Shown in pieces: positions 1 to 9,899 of a stretch of 64,000 nucleotides of DNA. The notes under the pieces were generated by a model that was not told where the DNA came from, ran no database searches, and was given only the letters and a program-made list of their open reading frames with translations. The stretch is from a virus (taxonomy: Duplodnaviria > Caudoviricetes): IMG/VR virus record IMGVR_UViG_3300029305_003246, positions 32,001 to 96,000 of that record. One strand, given 5' to 3'. Position numbers and translations under genes: made by a program. Positions within the stretch are counted from its first letter, which is position 1. The number at the start of each line of letters is the position of its first letter.

Positions 1-2
1 AG

Positions 3-395
3 ACGATAAAAAATGATGCATTAATAGATATGCAGGCCACATTAAATACTTCATATTCCTATATGGCGACTATAGATTTGAGCACTTCTAAAATAGTACA
101 TGCCAAAGGACAATATATGGTCATAGTTGATTTATCTACTATAAAACTAGATACAATCTCTATAGGACCGATGGATATTAAGTACGACTTAAATTGGCTT
201 AATAGATGGAAAGGCAAAACTCAATCCGAACTTACAGGCACTATAATTACTCTAGCAACCGAAGATATTGAGGCTCATGTTAATGATGATTTTAATACTA
301 ACTTAAGCCTAATAAAATCTAGAGTTAAATCCAAAATTTATTCTATATATGCAGGCATCCCAGTAGAGGTTATCTTTACAGGAGAAAATAATTAA
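3..395 (+). CDS. Hypothetical protein, DUF4230-like, 5'-truncated by window edge
   Basis: Frame is open upstream of ATG30 to the window start; the ATIDLS...IKLD pattern and C-terminal VEVIF resemble DUF4230. Confidence 0.4.
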   Translation, partial: TIKNDALIDMQATLNTSYSYMATIDLSTSKIVHAKGQYMVIVDLSTIKLDTISIGPMDIKYDLNWLNRWKGKTQSELTGTIITLATEDIEAHVNDDFNTNLSLIKSRVKSKIYSIYAGIPVEVIFTGENN

Positions 396-415
396 AATAC
401 AAGGAGGCAAGCCCT

Positions 416-1204
416 ATGAAAAATATAAAAAATACAGTTGTTATATCTACGATAATGAGTACACTTCTTACATCTCCAGTTCATGCAGATGATTTTATTC
501 GTATTAATGTTGATAATAGTCCAAAAAACGTTCAGGAAGCTCCACAAGACGAAGCAGTTAATGTCTTAAATACTTCTAATAATGAACTAGATATAGTCCT
601 TAGAGTAGGCGAGTTTCCTAATAAATTAGGTAAGAGATTAATCTTACCTAATAAAGCCGAAGGTTACAATGATTTACCTATTCAGTATGATGCAGTTAAT
701 GATAATTACTTCATATCTGAATATTACTTTAACTTAAAAATAGCAAAGAAACTTCGTTGGGTACTAGAGCAAAATGGTGTTAATGCTATACTTCAAGATA
801 CTACTTGCAAAGCCGAAGACTTAAATGCAGCAGGACGTATTGCTAAAGCTAAAAACCCACCGATATATTTGTCAGTTCATACTAATGCATTTAAGGAAGA
901 TTCAAGTGGGTACTTCTTTATGACTAACGGTGATGCAGGCTCTAAAGGTATCGCAGATAGATTAAGTTATTCTATACAAGACAATAACTTAATACCTAAA
1001 ATGTCAAATAGAATAAATGATGGTTATATAGGTGAAATGAATGTTAAGCCAGGTGAATTTAATATCTTAGGTGAATTCGGATTCTTTAGTAATCCAGAGG
1101 AAGCGAAAAAATTAGCCAGTGAAGATTATTGCAACTATGTAGCACGTAAGATGGGTGATGAGTTGAAATTAATATTAGAAGAACTTGGTTATTTAGAAAA
1201 ATAA
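416..1204 (+). CDS. Secreted N-acetylmuramoyl-L-alanine amidase (Amidase_3 family)
   Basis: Signal peptide-like N-terminus (..SPVHA); motifs E..FNLKIA, YLSVHTNA, ILGEFGFFSN; RBS AGGAGG. Confidence 0.8.
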   Translation: MKNIKNTVVISTIMSTLLTSPVHADDFIRINVDNSPKNVQEAPQDEAVNVLNTSNNELDIVLRVGEFPNKLGKRLILPNKAEGYNDLPIQYDAVNDNYFISEYYFNLKIAKKLRWVLEQNGVNAILQDTTCKAEDLNAAGRIAKAKNPPIYLSVHTNAFKEDSSGYFFMTNGDAGSKGIADRLSYSIQDNNLIPKMSNRINDGYIGEMNVKPGEFNILGEFGFFSNPEEAKKLASEDYCNYVARKMGDELKLILEELGYLEK

Positions 1205-1206
1205 GA

Positions 1207-1231
1207 GTTCACGAGAACGAATTACATCGTT
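1207..1231 (+). promoter_or_regulatory. Phage promoter motif B, GTTCA-N16-CGTT (first of at least 23 copies)
   Basis: gttca cgagaacgaattacat cgtt; same motif and spacing recur in intergenic gaps across the window. Confidence 0.75.
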
Positions 1232-1254
1232 CTCTACATCATAAAATAAAAGGG

Positions 1255-1656
1255 GTGAAGCCTATGAAATGGAAATATTATTGGTGGAAGTTTAGACAAG
1301 AGTTTTTGGGTGGTTGGGAAGTAATTAAAGAGCTTTGGAGTGAAATAGATATAATCGAAGATGTCAAAGCTACTTATAATAGACTAAAAGAGGATGACGA
1401 ATATGAAGCTTTACAAAACCGTTATCGTAAGAAAGAGATACTACACAAGGGCGATATAATAACTTTTAGAAATCCTCATTGCTATGGCAATGAAATTGTA
1501 GCAAAAGTAGTAAATGTCTATAAGAGTTTTTGTTACGATAAAATGGTAGTTGATATAATAGTTCTATCTTCAGCTCTACATGAAAAAGACACTTTATTAG
1601 CATTTCCTCAAGATGATATAATGAATAATATTATCCAAATGGGAGGTACTTTTTAA
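1255..1656 (+). CDS. Hypothetical protein
   Basis: ORF track; dense gene packing. Confidence 0.7.
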   Translation: MKPMKWKYYWWKFRQEFLGGWEVIKELWSEIDIIEDVKATYNRLKEDDEYEALQNRYRKKEILHKGDIITFRNPHCYGNEIVAKVVNVYKSFCYDKMVVDIIVLSSALHEKDTLLAFPQDDIMNNIIQMGGTF

Positions 1657-1883
1657 TGAATAGTGATTTAGAGTATTTTAATAAAATAGAAGAGATGTTT
1701 AATGATAGCAAATTCTGTGATGAAGAAATTGATATTCTATTCCATTACATGTCTTGTCATATTAATAATAGTGTTTATGAATGCATATTCTTAGATGAAT
1801 ATGAAAATATAAGGGGCACTAGAAAGCATAAAGATATTCTAAAAGCAATTAATGATATGTATAATGAATATAAAAATTTATAG
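1656..1883 (+). CDS. Hypothetical protein
   Basis: RBS GGAGG; overlapping stop/start. Confidence 0.7.
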   Translation: MNSDLEYFNKIEEMFNDSKFCDEEIDILFHYMSCHINNSVYECIFLDEYENIRGTRKHKDILKAINDMYNEYKNL

Positions 1884-1894
1884 GAGGTAACCTT

Positions 1895-2203
1895 ATGAAA
1901 ACTAAAAAAGAGTATTATGAATTTGCCGATACTGAAGCAAGAGAAATAGCTTTAGCAATGCGACCTTGTTTTGCATCTTATAGTCCTACTTCTTACGTTA
2001 AAAGATTCGCCGATAAAAGATATGAAACTTGGGTCTTAACTCTAAAAGATAAAGATATAGTAATACCTTCTGATATACAAGATAAAGTCCATAGAGTATT
2101 TGTCTCAACGTTTACTAATGTAATAAAAGATTATATAGAATCGTTACCTAAGACGACTAATCCTTATGTTTTAAAAGTCTTAAATAAAAAGGAGGGCAAA
2201 TAA
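1895..2203 (+). CDS. Hypothetical protein
   Basis: RBS AGGAGG. Confidence 0.75.
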   Translation: MKTKKEYYEFADTEAREIALAMRPCFASYSPTSYVKRFADKRYETWVLTLKDKDIVIPSDIQDKVHRVFVSTFTNVIKDYIESLPKTTNPYVLKVLNKKEGK

Positions 2204-2204
2204 T

Positions 2205-2435
2205 ATGGTAATACTTAATAGAGATGCATATTGTGATTATTGTGGAGCTTATCTTCCAGATAAAGATGATTTTGTAGAATTTAGACGATATTGTTATTGT
2301 GATATAGATTGTTGGGAAAAATACTTAGTGAAAAACTCCATCCGTTATCCTTACGGGGTACTATTCGGTGATGAAATGTATAACTCATTTGACCACCTAT
2401 ATATAGAATGTTACGATGAAACAATTCAGAGATGA
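2205..2435 (+). CDS. Small Cys-rich (putative Zn-binding) protein
   Basis: CDYC and CYCDIDC motifs; RBS. Confidence 0.65.
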   Translation: MVILNRDAYCDYCGAYLPDKDDFVEFRRYCYCDIDCWEKYLVKNSIRYPYGVLFGDEMYNSFDHLYIECYDETIQR

Positions 2436-2517
2436 TAATTTACATCTCTGAATTTTATGTGTATAAGAAAAATAAAAAGCTAAAATAATAAAGACGTAAA
2501 TATTAGAGGAGGATGAT

Positions 2518-2910
2518 ATGCATATGTCAATTAATCCAAGTTTAATAGTGTATATAGATATTATGAATAATACTGAATTACATTTAGAGGTTCTATCGTA
2601 TGATGACGAATATGTTCACGCATTAGAAGTAGGCAATCCATTTGAATATTCCTTTAATGAATATGGCGATATGGATTTATTACAAAAGTTTACTAAAGAC
2701 GAAGAGTATAGCGAAGGTGAGTTCTTCCTATACGACGAAGAGTTATACATTGTAGACGATTACTCTTATCACTCAGGGAGTATATTTGCTAGAAAAGTTC
2801 ATAATGCAGTTTCTATTCCTTTAACGGATGTTGAAATCATCGAAGAATTTGATGATTTCTGTGATTACTATATATCACAAGACAAACTTATTTACAATAA
2901 GGAGGTATAG
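2518..2910 (+). CDS. Acidic hypothetical protein
   Basis: RBS GGAGG; ORF track. Confidence 0.7.
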   Translation: MHMSINPSLIVYIDIMNNTELHLEVLSYDDEYVHALEVGNPFEYSFNEYGDMDLLQKFTKDEEYSEGEFFLYDEELYIVDDYSYHSGSIFARKVHNAVSIPLTDVEIIEEFDDFCDYYISQDKLIYNKEV

Positions 2911-2911
2911 A

Positions 2912-3718
2912 ATGGATAATAATGAATTTTTATTCGAGGGTATGGTTGAACGTATGAATACCGTATCTATTTATAATAAATCACCCTACATCTTATGGGA
3001 ACAGCACGCTACGGAAAGAATATTTAAGCATAGGGATTTCATAAGTATCGCTCAAATACATTCTCTTAATCCTTCTATTATAGAAGAAGATTTAGTAAGA
3101 GAATTAAAGACTAATTATGTAGATATCGAAGTCGAGTGGATGATGGCCAATCCAAAAGTGACGAACACGAAAGTCATGCCACGCTTTCAAGAGGTCAAGT
3201 GGGTCATTCGTAAACCCTATAAATTAACCTACTTCGATAACAGGACTAATAAAAAAGAGACCGTTATGATAGAAGCTACTATGCAAGGCTCATACAATAC
3301 TTTATTTAGTATGAAACATAGAGATGCAGTGAAAAACATATGGTATAACACCGAAGGCGACGCCAATATGAAGTTCGACGCCATTAATAGGTTTTTAGCA
3401 TCCAAGTCCCCTACATTCAAGTCAGATATTCTCCAAGGTAGATTAGGATTTAATAAGCCTTACCTATTTATAGAAACATTTGTCCTAGCACTTATACATC
3501 CGACGAAGTTTCCTATTACATTCTCAGGTGCATCGAAGGACGGCAAGAATGTAAAATGGACGTACTATAACACGACGCCTAAACATATAGATGTTACCTT
3601 CTATCAATATATGACTATGTATAAAAAGGCACGAGGTTTAGTTAAAATGAAAGGCTTAATAGACCTAGTTCCAGCGAAAGAAATCAAACAGTTAATAGAC
3701 GCTAACAAGGAGGAATAA
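2912..3718 (+). CDS. Hypothetical protein, first gene of the DUF2156/MTase run
   Basis: Start moved to ATG2912 behind AAGGAGG; in frame with track ORF 2828..3718. Confidence 0.75.
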   Translation: MDNNEFLFEGMVERMNTVSIYNKSPYILWEQHATERIFKHRDFISIAQIHSLNPSIIEEDLVRELKTNYVDIEVEWMMANPKVTNTKVMPRFQEVKWVIRKPYKLTYFDNRTNKKETVMIEATMQGSYNTLFSMKHRDAVKNIWYNTEGDANMKFDAINRFLASKSPTFKSDILQGRLGFNKPYLFIETFVLALIHPTKFPITFSGASKDGKNVKWTYYNTTPKHIDVTFYQYMTMYKKARGLVKMKGLIDLVPAKEIKQLIDANKEE

Positions 3719-3719
3719 T

Positions 3720-4673
3720 ATGAAGTTAGATTTTAATGAAGGTTATAAACTAAAGGGGGTTAATCAAGATTTTTATGAAGAGTGGGGTCTTAAAGATTCC
3801 CACTCTTTGATGTTCATCTCCGATGCTAAAATAAAAAACACGAGCCAAGTTATGTATCTTACAGTCAACTTGGCCAACCACGAAGTTCTCCTAATCTATA
3901 AATATGTTAAGCTAATGAAAGTGCAATTTGTGAGACTTCTCCACACTCCTATAACGAAGCCACGTAACCTTAGTCTAGAAAATAAAATATTAAAAAGTTT
4001 ATCGAAGCATCCTCAAGTACAGGAGATAGTAACTTCCGAAGAAGATTATCTACAGCATAAAATAACCATTCCTACTACTCCAGACATCTATGCCGATGAC
4101 TTTTATGATACTTTAGATGAAGAATTAGTACAAAAGGTTAATAAAGGTAAAAGACGAAGTAAAATTAAATATACTAAGTATAAGGATAGAATCAACTTCC
4201 GTAAGGCTAATCAAGACGATTATTTAGATATTATTAACCTTATGCAAACTTGGATGAAGAATAAGGCCGACCGTAATGACCTATTTAATAAGAAAACATT
4301 CTCTACAGTAGAAAAGAAATTCCCTATGCTATTACAAGACCCATTCTCGATATATGTTACTACTTTCGACGATGAAATAATAGCATTTGAAGTATTCGCT
4401 AGGGAAGGAGATAAGGTAGTTCAGTTAGTTAATCAAGCTCATCCTTCGCCAGAGTGCCTACAGTGGGGCGAAGATTTAAACAAAGAAATATATGCTTATG
4501 CTCTAAAATGGCATCACCTTCTAACAATTAATGAGTTTACAAAAGATCCTTCTATACGTTTAATACATTATGAATATGCTAGTAATTTAAAAGGAGGCTT
4601 ATGGAACTTTAAAAATATGATGTATTCTAGCAAAGTTCATTTAATAAGAATGAAATTTAGGAAGGAGCGATAA
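3720..4673 (+). CDS. DUF2156 / aminoacyl-phosphatidylglycerol synthase C-terminal-like GNAT protein (paralog 1)
   Basis: KGKRRSKI..., W in helix after 'DDYLDII', FDDEIIAFEV, VVQLVNQA, GGLWNFKNMMY: layout of the DUF2156/FemX-like double GNAT fold. Confidence 0.6.
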   Translation: MKLDFNEGYKLKGVNQDFYEEWGLKDSHSLMFISDAKIKNTSQVMYLTVNLANHEVLLIYKYVKLMKVQFVRLLHTPITKPRNLSLENKILKSLSKHPQVQEIVTSEEDYLQHKITIPTTPDIYADDFYDTLDEELVQKVNKGKRRSKIKYTKYKDRINFRKANQDDYLDIINLMQTWMKNKADRNDLFNKKTFSTVEKKFPMLLQDPFSIYVTTFDDEIIAFEVFAREGDKVVQLVNQAHPSPECLQWGEDLNKEIYAYALKWHHLLTINEFTKDPSIRLIHYEYASNLKGGLWNFKNMMYSSKVHLIRMKFRKER

Positions 4674-4674
4674 T

Positions 4675-5577
4675 ATGTTAAGTGATGCCCAAGCTTTAAG
4701 ATTTATGAGTAGAGAAGAGTTCAATACCTTCCCTACTTCATCGGTATTTGGAATGTCCACACCAGGTTATGCGATAGCGATTAACTCACCTTCTTTAAAA
4801 TATAAGATATTTAAAGTTAAAGATGATGAAGTACTTGTAATATTTAAGCAGGTTAATATGTTTCAAACTCATTATAAGAGGTTATTAGGTTTCCCAATCT
4901 CTAAGAAAGGCGACGTTAAATTAGAAAAGGCTCTATTTAAGAAGTTATGCACCCTTGATGATGTTACGGAAATGCAACTTCTAGAATCTGACGCTATTAT
5001 ACATGGTTTAGATACTTCTAAACTTGAATATGAAAATGTAGAATTTTTCGTTAATCCGAAGGAGCTTTCGCCTACTATGAATGGAAAGTATCGCCAAAGA
5101 TATCAAATATCTAAGTTTATAGATGATTTGGTATATAGGGACGCGACGTCAGATGATTTTGAGGCCATAATATCTCTACTTAATAGATGGATGTTATTCA
5201 AAGACGATTCCGAAGGTGTCCATTCTAAACCTATCTATAAAAATGTGATTAAGAACCCTAATAAGTATCTATTAGGCGACTACACTACAAAAGTTCTCTA
5301 CTATAAAGACGAGTTATTCGCTTTCAGTGTCAATTATGTAACCGATTCTAAGGTTTATCAAATCACGAATATAGTAGATACCTTCTCCGATACTTTCCCA
5401 AAACATCTAGTAAAAGGTGGAAATCGTATACCTTTTTACTATTTAGTTAAGTCATTTGAGGATTATGAATATATTTCCTTTATGGGTAGTATTAATCCGA
5501 AGTCAAACGTTTTTAAGAATAAGGAATTAGTATACAAGACTTATGAAAAGTTCTATAGAATAAAATTAAAGAAATAG
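4675..5577 (+). CDS. DUF2156-like GNAT protein (paralog 2)
   Basis: Colinear with 3720..4673 (VLVIFKQVNM/VLLIYKYVKL, YRDATSDDFEAIISLLNRWM/FRKANQDDYLDIINLMQTWM, DELFAF/DEIIAF). Confidence 0.6.
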   Translation: MLSDAQALRFMSREEFNTFPTSSVFGMSTPGYAIAINSPSLKYKIFKVKDDEVLVIFKQVNMFQTHYKRLLGFPISKKGDVKLEKALFKKLCTLDDVTEMQLLESDAIIHGLDTSKLEYENVEFFVNPKELSPTMNGKYRQRYQISKFIDDLVYRDATSDDFEAIISLLNRWMLFKDDSEGVHSKPIYKNVIKNPNKYLLGDYTTKVLYYKDELFAFSVNYVTDSKVYQITNIVDTFSDTFPKHLVKGGNRIPFYYLVKSFEDYEYISFMGSINPKSNVFKNKELVYKTYEKFYRIKLKK

Positions 5578-5589
5578 GAGGAATAAAAT

Positions 5590-6801
5590 ATGTATGGAAT
5601 AAATAGTGAGAATAAAGGTATTATAAACGGTACTGAATGGATGTACCAGTGTCCAGAGTATGTCGAATGGACGCGAGGCTATAATGATTATGAGCATATA
5701 TTCGCCAAATATAGAGGTATACACGAGGAGTTTCCTAACTATTCAGAACAAAGGAAGAAAGATATAGTAGAAGAATTATTTGAAATATATCGTTCTGTCA
5801 ATATATTCCCTATAGCATATTACAGTCAATATGGGGTTGAGAAGGCTATTCAGCAGTTATATAATAATCAGGTTTATTATGACGGGAAAGTCCTTCAAAA
5901 TAAGAGCAACGTTGGATTAAAGCTATGCAAATGGACGCACCCTATTCAACATCAGATAACTAGAAATGATAAAGACCCTAATATGATAGATAAGTTCTAT
6001 AATGATGAAATTTTAAAGAAAGCAATTAAAGGTTCTATAACTACAAATAAAAGTGCCGACCCAGCTCATATATTAAATTTCTTAACATTAATAGGGTCTA
6101 CAGCCACTAACTTTAAGCCATTATCAGCTCAAGCTATGGTAGAAAGATACACGCCTTTTAATGGAGTAGTATTCGATTCATCTCAAGGTATAGGTGGTAG
6201 AATACTTGGAACTTTAACTTCTCAAAAGAATTTAACATACATTGGTTCTGACCCATGGAAGGAAACAAATATATGTAATGCGAAGCTTGGTCAATATTGT
6301 GAGGATGTTTTGGGTAGAAGTAACTCATACAAATTATTCTGTATAGGTTCTGAAAAGATGCGATTATCTAATGAAAATATAGCAGACTTCTCATTCACTT
6401 CCCCACCTTATTTTGATTTAGAGCATTATTCTGATGACGCTACTCAATGTTATAATGCCTATCCAGAGATAACGAAGTGGTTCAAGGCATTTTGTGGAAT
6501 GACTATTAAAAATACTTTTAATATATTAAAACCAGGTGCATTTTACTGTGTAAATATCGCCGATTTTAACTATGGAGGCAAAGTTGTAAACTATGTTAAT
6601 ACATGGAAAAGATTAGCAGAACAAGTAGGATTTGAATATATCCATACGGGTAGAATGCTACTTACTTCTAGAATAGGTGCAGGAGTTTCCAACTCTAAAA
6701 GGGATGTTGAAACTACGAAATCTGAACCTATTTTAACATTTAGAAAGCCGTTGGATATGAATAACTTCGGTAATAATGTGAAAATAGATGTAGATTTTTA
6801 G
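5590..6801 (+). CDS. DNA methyltransferase (N4-C/N6-A amino-methylase)
   Basis: Motif I VFDSSQGIGGR, motif IV FTSPPYF, upstream NFKP motif typical of phage amino-MTases. Confidence 0.85.
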   Translation: MYGINSENKGIINGTEWMYQCPEYVEWTRGYNDYEHIFAKYRGIHEEFPNYSEQRKKDIVEELFEIYRSVNIFPIAYYSQYGVEKAIQQLYNNQVYYDGKVLQNKSNVGLKLCKWTHPIQHQITRNDKDPNMIDKFYNDEILKKAIKGSITTNKSADPAHILNFLTLIGSTATNFKPLSAQAMVERYTPFNGVVFDSSQGIGGRILGTLTSQKNLTYIGSDPWKETNICNAKLGQYCEDVLGRSNSYKLFCIGSEKMRLSNENIADFSFTSPPYFDLEHYSDDATQCYNAYPEITKWFKAFCGMTIKNTFNILKPGAFYCVNIADFNYGGKVVNYVNTWKRLAEQVGFEYIHTGRMLLTSRIGAGVSNSKRDVETTKSEPILTFRKPLDMNNFGNNVKIDVDF

Positions 6802-6825
6802 AATTATTTCCTTTATAAATTCTAT

Positions 6826-7008
6826 ATAGATGTGAGCGACGCGAAATCGCTCACCCATATTTTATGGTTTCCTCCATTCGGAAGTTTTGAGCGGTGAAAC
6901 TTCCAATTCTCTACATTTTTTATTATTCTCATATTTCATATATATTTTTCATATTCATTCCTCCCTTAATATTATTTTTTAAGAACCTCAAATTTGGGGT
7001 TCTTTTTT
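6826..7008 (+). ncRNA. Candidate small RNA: two GC-rich hairpins, two CCUCC tracts and a terminator
   Basis: gtgagcga/tcgctcac and ggaagttt/aaacttcc stems; no + strand ORF; could instead be short - strand ORFs. Confidence 0.3.
6981..7008 (+). terminator. Rho-independent terminator
   Basis: aagaacctc-aaattt-ggggttctt followed by T run. Confidence 0.75.
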
Positions 7009-7056
7009 ATTCTTTAAATCGTATAATATATTATAAAATACTTTGGAGGTATTAAT

Positions 7057-7245
7057 ATGAATAAAATAATAAATGAAGCAAAGTTATCTATGAAATTAAA
7101 AGAAGTTGAATTAAATATTAAGTTGTTAAATTTAGTATGCCAAGATGATAGTCTTAATGATATTTTATTAGAGGATATTAGTTATGATTTAGATGTTCTA
7201 CTAGATAAAATTGAAAGTTATAAAAATAAATGCAAAAGAGGATAG
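7057..7245 (+). CDS. Hypothetical protein
   Basis: RBS GGAGG. Confidence 0.65.
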   Translation: MNKIINEAKLSMKLKEVELNIKLLNLVCQDDSLNDILLEDISYDLDVLLDKIESYKNKCKRG

Positions 7246-7286
7246 TTCACTATCCTCTTTTTAATCGTTTAATATAGTAAAGGAGA

Positions 7287-8336
7287 GTGATGTATAGCAT
7301 GTTAAGTCAAGAAGCTAGACCTCAGACATTTAGGGAGGTAGCAGGTCAGAAATTAGCTAAAGAATTATTAATTTCTATTGTTAGAAAACCGAATGAATCT
7401 CCACGAAGCTTACTCCTAACAGGTGAATATGGTACAGGGAAAACTACTACTTCAAGAATATTCGCTAGGGGATTAAATTGCCCTAATAAAAAGGATTATG
7501 AACCTTGTAATAAATCGGATTGTCCTATATGTGGGCAAGATATAAATAGTGCGAGTTTTTATCAAGAATACGATGCGACTATAATAGGTAATGTGGAAAC
7601 AATAAGGGAGTTGAGGGATACCTTCTATTATAATATTAAAGGGCAGTATAAGGTTATAGTATTTGACGAATGTCATAGTGCATCGAAATCTGCTCAAACA
7701 GCTCTTTTAAAGGTTATTGAGGAGGCACCTCAAGGTATATTCTTCTTATTCCCTACTACTCATGCACATCAATTATTGCCTACTATAGTGAGTAGATGTC
7801 TTGAAGTTCCTTATAATTTAATACCATCTGATGCCATTATTCCTAACTTATTTCAAGTGGCTTTAAAATATAATTTAGGTCTAGATAAGAATAATGAAGA
7901 TGACGTTCGCCTAATGACTACTATAGCACATAAATCAGGAGGCCATATGCGAAATGCTCATATGCTTTTAGATAGTCTTCAGTTATTAGGCAAGGATATA
8001 TTTCTAGAGACTGTTACTTCTATTAGACCAGCTATATGCAAATACTTCTTATCTATACTTAAAAAAGATAAGGACTTATTATTTAACTCGATATCTGAAA
8101 TGTTGACGCATCCTTTAGCCGATGTTGTATCTGAATTTGATGAAGTTATTCTAAATGTTATGAAGTCTTTAATAGATAAGAATGAAACACCCGAAGGAAA
8201 ACTTGCCAAAGCCTATGGTATAAACTTTATAAAAATAATGAAAGTTACTCAAGAAAGTTGGTTTAGAAATTCGTTAAGTAACGATATTTCCTTCCAATGT
8301 GCATTACTTAGTATCTATCAAATGTTGAATAAATAG
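7287..8336 (+). CDS. dnaX: DNA polymerase III gamma/tau-like clamp loader subunit
   Basis: RPQTFREVAGQ, Walker A GEYGTGKT, Cys4 Zn module, DECH, SRC motif, GHMRNA. Confidence 0.9.
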   Translation: MMYSMLSQEARPQTFREVAGQKLAKELLISIVRKPNESPRSLLLTGEYGTGKTTTSRIFARGLNCPNKKDYEPCNKSDCPICGQDINSASFYQEYDATIIGNVETIRELRDTFYYNIKGQYKVIVFDECHSASKSAQTALLKVIEEAPQGIFFLFPTTHAHQLLPTIVSRCLEVPYNLIPSDAIIPNLFQVALKYNLGLDKNNEDDVRLMTTIAHKSGGHMRNAHMLLDSLQLLGKDIFLETVTSIRPAICKYFLSILKKDKDLLFNSISEMLTHPLADVVSEFDEVILNVMKSLIDKNETPEGKLAKAYGINFIKIMKVTQESWFRNSLSNDISFQCALLSIYQMLNK

Positions 8337-8347
8337 GGAGTGATTGA

Positions 8348-8974
8348 ATGGTAGTTCATGAGGATGAATATAAAGTTAATAAGAAATTAAAAAGATTTCC
8401 TAAGATACACGAGTTACTAAAGTATGATGAGGCAACTAACACGTATGAAGTTATATGGAACGATAGAAATATCCAGGCCATTACTAACATTGTCAAAACA
8501 GTTGTAAATAAACATTTTATGAACCCAGAGATGTATGAGGAGTACATCTCTCATGCATTAACTAAAGTTGTAGATGTTTTAATTTCAGGTGAATTTAATT
8601 ATAGAGATTATGGCACGACGGCAGGCTTAAAAAATTTCCTCTATACTTGTGCAAGAAATTCTCTAACTGATTATACTTACCATTTTAAAAATTCTAAAAA
8701 GGAAGTATTTTATGACTCAATTCCCGAGTCTATCGAACGTGACTCCTTCTTACCATCGCTTTCAGAACACGATATAGACAAGTATCTAAAGTTTTACTTT
8801 AATAAGTTTTATCTAGTGCCACAGACGTTCGATAAGTCCGAATTTGTATTCCTTGTAAAAGCAATGGGATATGAAGTCGATGCTCCATTCTCTAAACCTA
8901 AAGAAGAAAATATTTATGCTCTAGAAAAGTGCTTGAGTTTATTTTCTAAATATTATTTTAATAGAATGTTATAA
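8348..8974 (+). CDS. Sigma-70 region 2-like protein (putative phage sigma factor)
   Basis: EEYISHALTKVV...EFNY...LKNFLYTCARNSLTDY resembles sigma region 2.2-2.4. Confidence 0.5.
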   Translation: MVVHEDEYKVNKKLKRFPKIHELLKYDEATNTYEVIWNDRNIQAITNIVKTVVNKHFMNPEMYEEYISHALTKVVDVLISGEFNYRDYGTTAGLKNFLYTCARNSLTDYTYHFKNSKKEVFYDSIPESIERDSFLPSLSEHDIDKYLKFYFNKFYLVPQTFDKSEFVFLVKAMGYEVDAPFSKPKEENIYALEKCLSLFSKYYFNRML

Positions 8975-8984
8975 GGAGGATACA

Positions 8985-9386
8985 ATGGTAGAGAAAAATA
9001 GCGATATTAAAATAGGTTATGTGAGTTTATTAGATATGTCCGATGATGAGTTTAATACCTTATTAGATTACTTCGAATTTAAGAAGAAATCTCCTAGTGT
9101 TAGATATTTAGCATCTTTAATAGGGAAGGAAGCTTTTTTAGAGTTAATGGACTTATTTGCATCTGATACGATTAAAATACCTACTAGAGCCGAGTCTATA
9201 AAAATATTAAATTATATCTCTATCTATCATTATTTAAAAGATAGAGAATTCTCCGATATGGCCTATCAAAAGGCCAAAGGTCTATATAAAAGAAAAATAG
9301 ACTCCTTACAGTCTATTGTTAATACTATAGATAACTTAAATGCTATAGATGATTTTGATGATGTAGGTGATGAATTTGAAGAATAA
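8985..9386 (+). CDS. Mor-like transcription activator
   Basis: LIGKEAFLELMDLFASDTIKIP resembles the Mor family L..FGG..IYIP motif. Confidence 0.4.
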   Translation: MVEKNSDIKIGYVSLLDMSDDEFNTLLDYFEFKKKSPSVRYLASLIGKEAFLELMDLFASDTIKIPTRAESIKILNYISIYHYLKDREFSDMAYQKAKGLYKRKIDSLQSIVNTIDNLNAIDDFDDVGDEFEE

Positions 9387-9804
9387 CGATTTGGCTAAAA
9401 TAGAGGCTTGGCTAACAGGTACATCTGATGTTTTGCCTACTGATTTGAAGTTGGCAGTTAAAGACCTTATGACCAAACTTCAATTTTCTCAGGGTTCTCT
9501 AATGGTAAGCCAATTAAAAAGAAGTATGAGGTTAATCCAAACTATTAACCTATTAGAGCAGGAGCTTATGTCACCTCAGTATCTCTTAACATTAGATGCT
9601 GAGGCCAAAATGGAAATACTTAATTATTGCACGTCTAACCTTAATAAGAATCTAGATTCTATTAATAAGTTTATGACGGCTAATCAGGAGACAATGAATT
9701 ACATTGACCCTAAGACGAAATCCTTACAAAATCTATTGATGAGTCTATCATCCGATGATATAGATAATTTATTAAATATGTTAGATACAATGAGTGATAA
9801 TTAG
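9367..9804 (+). CDS. Helical hypothetical protein (possible terminase small subunit)
   Basis: ORF track; all-helical character; function is a guess only. Confidence 0.5.
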   Translation: MMNLKNNDLAKIEAWLTGTSDVLPTDLKLAVKDLMTKLQFSQGSLMVSQLKRSMRLIQTINLLEQELMSPQYLLTLDAEAKMEILNYCTSNLNKNLDSINKFMTANQETMNYIDPKTKSLQNLLMSLSSDDIDNLLNMLDTMSDN

Positions 9805-9899
9805 TTCACTCATTGTATTTTAACCGTTATATAATATGTATAAAGAACAAAAGATTGGGGTATAATTAGAGTATTAATTATGGAAAAGGGGGTCTTTAT

